Assembly (NCBI GenBank): GCA_950097015.1
Contig: CATNEN010000033.1
Location: 558,001-622,000, forward strand
Source of the DNA: Macrostomum hystrix
Lineage: Eukaryota > Animalia > Platyhelminthes
DNA: 64,000 nucleotides
Direction: 5' to 3'
The notes under the pieces were generated by a model. The model worked only from the letters and a program-made list of their open reading frames with translations, was not told where the DNA came from and searched no databases. Both the position numbers and the translations under genes were made by a program. Shown one piece after another: positions 1 to 11,800 of the stretch (the first letter of the stretch is position 1; each line of letters begins with the position of its first letter).

Positions 1-1059
1 CATGCGTACGCCACCAACCCCTCCCTCCGTGGCTCCACCCTCCCCTCCACGCATGGACAACGGTCAGCGAGCGCTGATACACGCATTAGGGTTGACTCAA
101 TGCAAAGTTCCAAGTTCCGAAGTGTCGACACTCACTGCGTATTTTCTGGGGCCCGACCCTCCAGAGCCAACTGCACCTGATGGGCCCGTGAAAGTGTACA
201 ATAAAAGACGGTCAGCTCTGCTGGTATTTTAGTCTCTCGCCTGTTCTCTAACTGTTCCCTCTGTCTGTCTCTAAAGAAAGCAAATTATATCGGTCGCCAG
301 TGCCACACCGCTCTTTCGTGGTGCACTCAGGAAAGCCCGGCCCACTATGATATCGCTGGGCCAGGAGGGCTAGCAGCTTTATTGAAGTCTAACCCTAACC
401 CACACAGCACGCTGTAACGGGAAGAGTGAGAATTCCAAAGTGTGTGTTGGTGAGTGTTGTATCGCGTCCCACACTGCGCGCACACACACGGAGAAGTGAG
501 GTAATGGTCGGTGTGCATGTACACTGCCAGCCAATTCGTGATCTTGATACAACTCTCTATAGACTGTACGAAGAATTTTTCTAGCACATAGCTGTCATAA
601 GACCAACGAAAATGTCTTCCTAGGCTTTGGATCAGAATTCCAGAATTAAACTATTTATTTGTTTACTGTTAACTAGAGAGAGACCACCGGCAAATTTCAA
701 ATAACCAAATGTTTCTTTTTTCTGTATTTCCCAAAATTCAGTTAATCGCTGTATCCTATCATCCTATGAAACGATTTCCAGAATCACAACACATTGGCAT
801 TATCGAGATAGTCAACGATAAGCGTAATTTTTCTGTTGATCCCGGATGGTGGACTTTGACGAAAATCGGTCATTTGGTTTGGGAGCTGTCGTGAAGTAGG
901 CAGTGGGTATTTGAAATAGAACACACTCAGGCTCACGGATACTGCAAGCAGGCACACACTCACACAGAGTTGTACATCTGCACCGACTTTCTCAGCGCAA
1001 TATAGTGTGCACCCTCACTAAGCCTTCGATAATATAAATATTCGACCAACTGAAAGCTA

Positions 1060-1670
1060 AGTGAGAATTCCAGCAGTGTCAGAGTGACGGGAAGAGTGAG
1101 AATTCCAGCAGTGTCAGAGTGACGGGAAGAGTGAGAATTCCAGCAGTGTCAGAGTGACGGGAAGAGTGAGAATTCCAGCAGTGTCAGAGTGTCTGGAAGA
1201 GTGAGAATTCCAGCAGTGTCAGAGTGTCTGGAAGAGTGAGAATTCCAGCAGTGTCAGAGTGACGGGAAGAGTGAGAATTCCAGCAGTGTCAGAGTGTCTG
1301 GAAGAGTGAGAATTCCAGCAGTGTCAGAGTGTCTGGAAGAGTGAGAATTCCAGCAGTGTCAGAGTGTCTGGAAGAGTGAGAATTCCAGCAGTGTCAGAGT
1401 GACGGGAAGAGTGAGAATTCCAGCAGTGTCAGAGTGTCTGGAAGAGTGAGAATTCCAGCAGTGTCAGAGTGACGGGAAGAGTGAGAATTCCAGCAGTGTC
1501 AGAGTGACGGGAAGAGTGAGAATTCCAGCAGTGTCAGAGTGACGGGAAGAGTGAGAATTCCAGCAGTGTCAGAGTGACGGGAAGAGTGAGAATTCCAGCA
1601 GTGTCAGAGTGACGGGAAGAGTGAGAATTCCAGCAGTGTCAGAGTGACGGGAAGAGTGAGAATTCCAGCA
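1060..1670. repeat. 35-bp minisatellite, about 17.5 copies
   Basis: Unit GAAGAGTGAGAATTCCAGCAGTGTCAGAGTG(AC/TCT)GG repeated head to tail with two variants; a lone related motif GAAGAGTGAGAATTCCA lies at 421. Confidence 0.95.
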
Positions 1671-1924
1671 TTATTAGGAATAAAAATGCAAAAACCTGTC
1701 CTCTATTGTCATGCTGGCGGGGCACCCTGTCAGGTGCATTGTGGGAGAAGTCCTGCATTCGCATCCCGAAGTACTCCGAGCTAGTTTGGAATAAGCTTAG
1801 GCCAGGCAGACGGGGAGCAAGTTAGAGAACGGGGCAGCACCATCCAGGTAGGCAGGCAAGAGGAAAGCTGCTTAAGATTAGCATTCAGACGGGGAAATCG
1901 GTGAATATTACTCGATAAGCTTGA

Positions 1925-3778
1925 GGAAAGGGGAAGAATTTTAGGAAAGGAGAATAATTAGAGGAAATGGGGAGAATCGGATGAAAGAAGAAGAATTGGA
2001 GGAAATGGGGAGAATCGGATGAAAGAAGAAGAATTGGAGGAAAGGGGGAGAGTCGGAGGAAAGGAAAAAAATTGGAGGAAAGGGGAGAATTGGAGGAAAT
2101 GGGGAGAATCGCATGAAAGGGGAAGAATTGGAGGAAAGGGAAAGACTTGGTGGAAAGGAAAACAATTGGAGGAAAGGGGGAGAGTCGGAGGAAAGGAAAA
2201 GAATTGGAGGAAAGTGGAGAATTGGAGGAAAGGGGAGAATTGGAGGAAATGGGGAGAATCGGAGGAAAGAAGAAGAATTGGAGGAAAGGGGGAGAATCGG
2301 AGAAAAGGGGGAGAATCGGAGGAAAGAAGAAGAATTGGAGGAAAGGAAAAGAACTGGAGGAAAGGGGGAGAATCGGAGGAAAGAAGAAGAATTGGAGGAA
2401 AGGGGGGAGAATCGGAGGAAAGGAAAAGAATTGGAGGAAAGGAAAAGAACTGGAGGAAAGGGGGAGAATCGGAGGAAAGAAGAAGAATTGAAGGAAAGGG
2501 GGAGAATCGGAGGAAAGGGAAAGAATTGGGGGAAAGGGGAGAATTGGAGAAAAGGGGAGAATTGGGGGAAAGGGGAAGAATTGGAGGAAAGGGGAGAAGT
2601 GGAGGAAAGGGAGAATTGGAGGAAAGGGGAAGAATTGGAGGAAAGGGGGAGAAGTGGAGGAAAGGAAAAGAACTGGAGGAAAGGGGGAGAATCGGAGGAA
2701 AGAAGAAGAATTGGAGGAAAGGAAAAGAACTGGAGGAAAGGGGGAGAATCGGAGGAAAGAAGAAGAATTGGAGGAAAGGGGGAGAATCGGAGGAAAGGAA
2801 AAGAATTGGAGGAAAGGAAAAGAACTGGAGGAAAGGGGGAGAATCGGAGGAAAGAAGAAGAATTGGAGGAAAGGGGGAGAATCGGAGGAAAGGGAAAGAA
2901 TTGGAGGAAAGGGGAGAATTGGAGGAAAGGGGAGAATTGGGGGTAAGGGGAAGAATCGGAGGAAAGGGGAGAACTGGAGGAAAGGGGGAGAATTGGAGGA
3001 AAGGAAAAGAATTGGAGGAAAGGAAAAGAGTTGGAGGAAAGGGGGAGAATTGGAGGAAAGGGGGAGAATCGGAGGAAAGGGAAAGAATTGGAGGAAAGGG
3101 GAGAATTGGAGGAAAGGGGAGAATTGGGGGAAAGGGGAAGAATTGGAGGAAAGGGGAGAACTGGGGGAAAGGGGGAGAATTGGAGGAAAGGAAAAGAATT
3201 GGAGGAAAGGAAAAGAATTGGAGGAAAGGAAAAGAATTGGAGGAAAGGAAAAGAATTGGAGGAAAGGAAAAGAATTGGAGGAAAGGAAAAGAATTGGAGG
3301 AAAGGAAAAGAATTGGAGGAAAGGAAAAGAATTGGAGGAAAGGAAAAGAATTGGAGGAAAGGAAAAGAATTGGAGGAAAGGAAAAGAATTGGAGGAAAGG
3401 AAAAGAATTGGAGGAAAGGAAAAGAATTGGAGGAAAGGGGGAGAATTGGAGGAAAGGAAAAGAACTGGAGGAAAGGGGGAGAATTGGAGGAAAGGAAAAG
3501 AATTGGAGGAAAGGAAAAGAATTGGAGGAAAGGAAAAGAATTGGAGGAAAGGAAAAGAATTGGAGGAAAGGAAAAGAATTGGAGGAAAGGGGGAGAATTG
3601 GAGGAAAGGAAAAGAACTGGAGGAAAGGGGGAGAATTGGAGGAAAGGAAAAGAATTGGAGGAAAGGAAAAGAATTGGAGGAAAGGAAAAGAGTTGGAGGA
3701 AAGGGGGAGAATTGGAGGAAAGGGAAGAATTGAAGGAAAGAAGAAGAATTGGAGGAAAGGGGGAGAATTGGAGGAAAG
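1925..3778. repeat. Polypurine (GA-rich) degenerate satellite, core about 19 bp
   Basis: Built from words GGAGGAAAGG + AAAAGAATT / GGAGAATT / GGAGAATC; near-pure GGAGGAAAGGAAAAGAATT run at about 3180-3430; pyrimidines occur almost only in AATT/AATC. Confidence 0.95.
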
Positions 3779-5072
3779 AGGTAGAACGGAAGCAAGGCAT
3801 TGAAAAATCGATGGAATCGGGGCATGACTAATATTAGTGAAGCGGAGTGAAATGTCGTTAATCGCTTCAATTAACGAGAGCCCTAGTTCTAGCAAAAGTA
3901 GTCAAAATGTTGAGAAGTGGAATGGAGTTTTGGTAGGCCGGTTGACATTTGCACATTCCCCTTTCAGCTCGTATATTGAAGACAGTTTTTTTCACACTGA
4001 TATTTCCCCAATCGATTATTGCCATATCTAGGTTGTTAGCATGGGCTAGTATACTTGAGGTGCATGAATTTGGTTGAATAATACAATACTTCAGAATTCG
4101 CAGACAATACAAGGGCAATTGCAAGTGCTAAGGAAATGCAGCTAAGCTCATTGTGCTTCGTCCGATAGCGCGAATGAACAAGCGCATTAAAGTAAAGTTT
4201 TCCGTCACAATTTCAGCATGCATTGCTGCTGTTTGATAGCATCTTGCCAGTCAAATTCTTGATTTCATTTTCAGCCTTCTGTTGTCTCCATTACGAGTAT
4301 TTTCTGTAAACTATGCACTTTAAACTCAGATTTGACATCAATGCTCTTGTAGTATTCGTCTGTGTTCTAAGAAAATAGTGGACTCCGAATGTGTCAGCAG
4401 CGGTAGAGTGCCCAACTTTCACTTTTTCGAATTTATTTTTCAACATAGCGACGAACAAAGTTTAGCATAAATTCGTAGGAAAAAGCTAGCATTTCGAATA
4501 CACTACTTTTCTGAGTAGCAACAGGAGGATATTTTTATAGGCAAGCAGATTTTTTAAAATAAATTTGACATTTGAATTAGACGGTTCAAAAACGGCGGAA
4601 TAACGTTGCTGGTGCAGGGATGAATAAATTTGATCGCAGCGAGATAGAAACAGATAAAGATTAATTAAAATTGGTTCGAAGCATGGCACCTGTGGTCTCA
4701 GGGCGCTGTGATTTTGTGTATCACGTGGGCAGTTAAACATTCCTCCTCAGTAAATTGACAAATTTTTAACGACCAAATCATAATGTACTTCTTCTGAAAG
4801 AGTTCTGAAAAGTTCTGCATTTTTTCACATTTAGCGTACGTTAAGCATGCACGCGCATGTTACATAATAGGAGCTACACTAGAACATTCGACATTGTGCT
4901 TTGTCTAATCCAGATGCATGAGCGAATGCCTGCGAAAATCATAAGAATCGTGATGATGATAAATGAAAATGATTACACAATCGAAGCAATAATTTACGAG
5001 ATTTCACTTATCCATACAAGCAAGTTTATCTGGGCAACCAACTCCACAAACAAACAGCTTTTAAGAGATGCC

Positions 5073-5819
5073 AGAACTCAGGAGAGTTCCATGATCTGCT
5101 CTGATTCAAGGTCACAGAACTCAGGAGAGTTCCATGATCTGCTCTGATTCAAGGTCACAGAACTCAGGAGAGTTCCATGATCTGCTCTGGTTCAAGGTCA
5201 CAGAACTCAGGAGAGTTCCATGATCTGCTCTGATTCAAGGTCACAGAACTAAGGAGAGTTCCATGATCTGCTCTGGTTCAAGGTCACAGAACTCAGGAGA
5301 GTTCCATGATCTGCTCTGGTTCAAGGTCACAGAACTAAGGAGAGTTCCATGATCTGCTCTGATTCAAGGTCACAGAACTCAGGAGAGTTCCATGATCTGC
5401 TCTGATTCAAGGTCACAGAACTCAGAAGAGGTGCATGATCTGCTCTGATTCAAGGTCACAGAACTAAGGAGAGTTCCATGATCTGCTCTGGTTCAAGGTC
5501 ACAGAACTCAGGAGAGTTCCATGATCTGCTCTAATACAAGGTCACAGAACTCAGGAGAGTTCCATGATCTGCTCTGATTCAAGGTCACAGAACTCAGAAG
5601 AGGTGCATGATCTGCTCTGATTCAAGGTCACAGAACTCAGGAGAGTTCCATGATCTGCTCTGATTCAAGGTCACAGAACTCAGGAGAGTTCCATGATCTG
5701 CTCTGATTCAAGGTCACAGAACTCAGAAGAGGTGCATGATCTGCTCTGATTCAAGGTCACAGAACTCAGGAGAGTTCCATGATCTGCTCTGATTCAAGGT
5801 CACAGAACTCAGGAGAGGT
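5073..5819. repeat. 43-bp minisatellite, about 17 copies, just 3' of the GPCR stop codon
   Basis: Unit AGAACTCAGGAGAGTTCCATGATCTGCTCTGATTCAAGGTCAC; contains an internal inverted repeat GAACTC-AGGA-GAGTTC. Confidence 0.95.
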
Positions 5820-5898
5820 CCTGGATCTGCTTCAATCCAGCATGATAAAGCGCATTAGGGGTCTCGGATTGACACCAGTCAGATACGTCTATTAGAAC

Positions 5899-8800
5899 TC
5901 ATTCGTCAGCTTCGCGCGAAGGCATGACCCGCATCGGCAGCCTCTCCTCATTTCTATCGCCGCTGTCCAGCTCATCCGGTGACAGAGAATAACGACCGCC
6001 TCCAATGCCGCGGCCCTCCCTCCCGACACCTCCGGCGCCGGCGCTGACGACAAACGTGCTGCGACCGGCGAATCGTTGATCTCGACTCTCTTTGCCGCGC
6101 TGAATCTGACGGCGTGTCATGGACCTGCGCAGGGCGGCTTGGACCTGTGTTTGGACGAGGATGCGACGCTGCTCGGTATCCAAGCATGAGAGAGTAAGCA
6201 AACTATTTTGTGAGCCTTTTGGCATGTAATGCTTCAGGAAAGTAAGCTTTCCAGTGCGTAAACCTTCCTGAACATAGTCCTATGGTTCCTGCGTCCAGCA
6301 TGTATGCCAAAGTCACTAACCTCCTTGCTAAGAAAGCAGTACATCAGCGCCAGGAACAGGCCCTGAAAGCTCAGCAGAAACGACTTCAGTGAGGTCACGA
6401 CAATGAAGCGCACGGTGTTCATAGGGTCCGGCACCAAGCTGATGGCATTCGTGATGCCGAGCAGCGGCAGCAGCAGCAAGGCGGCGCGCAAGGCTTTTCT
6501 GCTCGGATTAGAGAGAATTGGGAAGAAACTCTGCTTGGGAATTAAGGCCCGGGCTAGACAGAAATTCCCAGCCATCCTCTCACCCCACTCCAGTAGGATT
6601 GCATGCCTAATGCAATCGAAAATTGAATGCGACAGTGCGGCAATGTTCCAGGACACTGGGATCATGGATTATGAAGGGATTGTGCGTCAAAGTCTTCTTG
6701 TGCAGTGCCCCTCAGATACCGAGGATGAGTGATATGCTTTACTAGCATCCTAGTTAAACTTATGTTTTTCCTAAATCATAAATTTTCTCACGATACGATT
6801 TTGCGTTGGACAAAGTCAGAAGCACTTTATATGGGAGGTTGATTTTGACAAAGTCTCGTCTGGTGCAGCATTTCGCGACACTGAGTCGTGCAGTGACGAG
6901 CCGTGACCGGAAGGAGCGCTAGAATTGGCACAATCGACACAATCGCCTACCTGATCTGCTGGATCTCGTTTGAGATATTTTCCCTTAGACGCATGACAAG
7001 GACGCGAAGCACATTCAGCAGCAAGCCCATGTTCACCTGCGGGAAAGTTTTTGATAACTGGTGTGATTGAATCAGAAAGATTTATATTGCCAACGGTTGC
7101 TAATGAGGCATTGCTAATGACTGCCTACTCTCTCATGTCTCCTATCTACCATCTATTGCCTACTCTCTCATGTCTCCTATCTACCATCTATTGCCTACTC
7201 TCTCATGTCTCCTATCTGCCATCTACTGCCTTCTCTCTCATGTTTCTTATCTACCATCTACTACCTACTCTCTCATGTCTCCTATCCACTATCTACTGCC
7301 TACTCTCTCATGTCTCCTATCTACCATCTACTGCCTACTCTCTCATGTCTCCTATCTACCATCTACTACCTACTCTCTCATGTCTCCTATCCACTATCTA
7401 CTGCCTACTCTCTCATGTCTCCTATCTACCATCTACTGCCTTCTCTCTCATGTCTCCTATCTACCATCTACTGCCTACTCTCTTGTCTCCTATCTACCAT
7501 CTACTGCCTACTCTCTCATGTCTCCTATCTACCATCTACTGCCTACTCTCTCAAGTCTCCTATCTACCATCTACTGCCTACTCTCTCAAGTCTCCTATCT
7601 ACCATCTACTGCCTACTCTCTCATGTCTCCTATCTACCATCTACTGCCTACTCTCTCAAGTCTCCTATCTACCATCTACTGCCTACTCTCTCATGTCTCC
7701 TATCCACTATCTACTGCCTACTCTCTTGTCTCCTATCTACCATCTACTGCCTACTCTCATGTCTCCTATCTACCATCTACTTCCTACTCTCTCATATCTC
7801 CTATCTACCATCTACTGCCTACTCTAATGTCTCCTATCTACCATCTACTGCCTACTCTAATGTCTCCTATCTACCATCTACTGCCTACTCTCTTGTCTAT
7901 CAAGTTTAACAGGTATCAAGTTTTTGACCTTTAAAATTAGACTGCAGCTATGCTTGGACCACTTACAACAAAGGTAGTCAGCCTGCAGGCATTCAGAATC
8001 CAGTAATCAGCGGAATGAAAGGAGTCCTTCCAGCAGCTGCAAAATAGTTTTGTTAAGACGCTTGCATTTTAAGCAATTCAAGTCGCATTGTTCCCGGCAG
8101 ATTTTCTAACATGGAATAATAAAAAGCAATGGCATTTACAAAAGCTTGCCCGATGAATGGTTAAATTTGAATCTATTTAAATCTTTAAAAAGTTAATGAA
8201 TGAGAGTTTTTTCCATTGTAAATTTCCCATTTCGGCAGCCGCCAAAGCCTACTGCAAGCGGTAAATCGAGCGATGCTCAACAGTACTCAGCAGTACTCAC
8301 TCAGCTGCCGAGTGCTGCTTCCTGGCGACTACAACAGCTGCCCAGACTGCGGTAGGAACAATTGGCAGGCCTGTAAAAACACGGTTCAGATTTAGAATCC
8401 CATAAAATATTAAAATTTTAAATTAATTAATTAGACTCGAAGGTCTGGGTTCGATTACGGACTCCACTGGAGCAATTTGTGTCCTATAGCAAGACACTTA
8501 TCTCTGGATTGCTTCAGATCATTCAGCTGTTAAATAGGTACCAGCATTAGCTGGGGTAACTGAGGGTGGGTGGGGCGTCCCCCCTGTCCATGGACTGAGC
8601 AGCCGTACAGAGCCTTCAGATGCGCCGCGCAATTGCTGCGGCTGTGCTGTCGGCTGCACATCTGGCCCTCTGGCTGTAAACTTTGCTGCACACCTGGCTG
8701 TAAACTTTGCTGTACACCTGGCTGCAAACTTTGCTGTACACCTGGCTGTAAACTTTGCTGTACACCTGGCTGTAAACTTTGCTGTACACCTGGCTGTAAA

Positions 8801-11800
8801 CTTTGCTGTACACCTGGCTGTAAACTTTGCTGTACACCTGGCTGTAAACTTTGCTGTACACCTGGCTGTAAACTTTGCTGTACACCTGGCTGTAAACTTT
8901 GCTGTACACCTGGCTGTAAACTTTGCTGTACACCTGGCTGTAAACTTTGCTGCACACCTGGCTGTAAACTTTGCTGTACACCTGGCTGTAAACTTTGCTG
9001 CACACCTGGCTGTAAACTTTGCTGTACACCTGGCTGTAAACTTTGCTGTACACCTGGCTGTAAACTTTGCTGCACACCTGGCTGTAAACTTTGCTGCACA
9101 CCTGGCTGTAAACTTTGCTGTACACCTGGCTGTAAACTTTGCTGTACACCTGGCTGTAAACTTTGCTGTACACCTGGCTGTAAACTTTGCTGCACACCTG
9201 GCTGTAAACTTTGCTGCACACCTGGCTGTAAACTTTGCTGTACACCTGGCTGTAAACTTTGCTGTACACCTGGCTGTAAACTTTGCTGCACACCTGGCTG
9301 TAAACTTTGCTGTACACCTGGCTGTAAACTTTGCTGTACACCTGGCTGTAAACTTTGCTGTACACCTGGCCCCAGTTGGCTACGTGTGATATGGTTTTCG
9401 AATCTTCGGTTTTACACACGATACATTTGTATGTTATACCACTGCTGGCACTAAATTACTCTTACGACCAGATCTGTCTGTAAAATCAAGACGCACCGTA
9501 GCCGAGCAGATAGTTCCTCGACATGCCGCTGCTGGTTTGAAACACCGTCCCGGCGATCTTGCTGTGAATGTTGATGCCCTCGATTAGCATCCAAGCGAAT
9601 ATCGAGGTCCGGGCGGTCTCCCAGAAGCACTTCAGACAGGTGCAAGCATACGACTGAAATAGAGAGAGGTTTATTTCTAAAGTAGGTTCTGTCTGTGTTG
9701 GCTTTGAGCAGTTCAGTGTCAAGGTATACAATTGAGTCGGTTGTCTGTGGTGGCTTTGAGCAGTTCAGTGTCAAGGTATACAATTGAGTCGGTTGTCTGT
9801 GGTGGCTTTGAGCAGTTCAGTGTCAAGGTATACTATTGAGTCGGTTCTGTCTGTGGTGGCTTTGAGCAGTTCAGTGTCATGGTATACAATTGCGTCGGTT
9901 GTCTGTGGTGGCTTTGAGCAGTTCAGTGTGAAGGTATACAATTGAGTCGGTTCTGTCTGTGTTGGCTTTGAGCAGTTCAGTGTCAAGGTATATAATTGAG
10001 TCGGTTCTGTCTGTGGTGGCTTTGAGCAGTTCAGTGTGAAGGTATACAATTGAGTCGGTTCTGTCTGTGTTGGCTTTGAGCAGTTCAGTGTCAAGGTATA
10101 TAATTGAGTCGGTTCTGTCTGTGGTGGCTTTGAGCAGTTCAGTGTCAAGGTATACAATTGAGTTGGTTCTGTCTGTGGTGGCTTTGAGCAGTTCAGTGTC
10201 ATGGTTCAGTGTAAATGACTGCGTATTGGCAGAGCTTGGCGGAGAGAGAAAAGCGGGTAGAAATTTCAGGAGGAAATTGAAGCTTGGAACTTTTTATAAT
10301 CTACATATTTTAATGCAAACAAAGCGGTTTATGCTTCAAAGCTGAGTACTTCTCAAAGGTAGATTCGGACGAAGCGCTCTTTGAGCAAGTGGACAGCAGG
10401 TACTAATTAGTGAGGAACCAATTAGGCGAAAACTAGAGATAAAAGCGAGTGACCGGCTGCGGAAATGCGGAAGCAGCAGCGGAAAAGTGCACAAGTTTTC
10501 TCAATATGGTCCTGGACAGAGGCGCGAAAATTAAATTCACGAGACCTTGGTCAAACAGCAAGGCCAATGCCTGGGAGAGGTAAAAATTAGTTTCTGACAA
10601 ATGAGGTCTTCTCATAAACCCTGTGGATTGCATGTAGCTCGTGTATTATGACTTATTTTATAAGCTTATCTACATTTTTGTGTGCTTTGTCTGCAAATAC
10701 AAAACGCTGCTAGACCCCATCAGTGACTCCAAGGTTCTGAACCAACTTAGCCCGCCATGTTTGGCTGAAAGACTATTTTAGGGTTGGGTTGGGTTTGAAG
10801 GCGAGTTCAAGAAGTAGGCCTCATTAGTCTAATGTGAGCCTTCTATAAGATTATTTGAACTGAAGTGTGCCTGCTCACTTAAATAATTTATATTTAAAGC
10901 AGAAGTCAAGCTGATTATGGGAAGCAAAGAGGGGACTTTCAGCGCGGTAAATTTAAGCCATTTGAAACCCAAGCTGCCACAACAGGAGCACCAAATAAGG
11001 CAATGAGATTGAAGAAATGCTTAAGCGTGGATGCAGGTTCAAGCAAGACTTTGAAGCCACTCCGATGCGTTACCATAAACTGCAGATTGTCGGTCCGCAC
11101 GCTGGTCCTCGAGGTGGCTATCTCCCTAGCGGCCAGGAGTAGGTGGGCCAGGATCTGCATCAGCATGGCGATGAACAGGTTGCGGTGGATCTTGTTGCGC
11201 ACGCTGCGAAGGCTTCTGAAATTGGCAGTGTTGGGCACAGGTCCGATACTCCGATAGTATCGCCGATACCATTTGAGTATCGGACCTCGATACTTTTGTA
11301 AGACGCTGGTTTGTCAGGTAGCACGCACATAAGACGCGAAGAGCCATACTGGCTCGCTAGCACTATTATATTTGGCGGCAACACTGGGGTGGGCGTACCC
11401 ACCCCCCAATCACGCCACGCAAGCACGCACGCAGGCGTGTACGCTCTACCCCCGGGCGCCTCGCAGTGTACACTGCGGGCCGCGAACTCTAAGCTGCTTA
11501 CACTTTTTTCTCAGTATCGGACCTTGGTATCGCGCGATACATTTTCTTAAGTCAATAATCCGATACATTTAATCTAATAGCAATGCATTTTTTTGCTTTT
11601 TCGGCTAAAAAGCTTGGAAAGGATTAACAAAAGTAACAAAAATACTAAAGTACCTTAATTACGTAATTTATTACATCAGTACTTATTTAAATGTCGATTT
11701 AGATCATTTAAACAAGCTTTACGTTAAGTTATTGTTCTGATTCTGAACACTTGTCATTATTGACGAGTGACGACCGACGACGAGTCGACGACTTTGACTA

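Noticed and set aside
2-232. 76-aa Pro-rich ORF at the window edge, and CTAACCCTAACCC at about 389-401
   Set aside because: No recognisable motif; two telomere-like units are too short to call.
1885-3895. Long ORFs (up to 661 aa) on both strands
   Set aside because: They arise from a purine satellite that cannot form stop codons; parallel frames give the same low-complexity text.
7051-7934. Three overlapping hydrophobic ORFs
   Set aside because: Translations of the 35-bp intronic minisatellite.
8530-9454. Cys-rich PGCKLCCT (metallothionein/keratin-associated-like) ORF, and a plus-strand GWGVP resembling GPCR TM4
   Set aside because: The 24-bp repeat is open in several frames inside an intron; the true TM4 exon was found at 8370-8301 on the minus strand.
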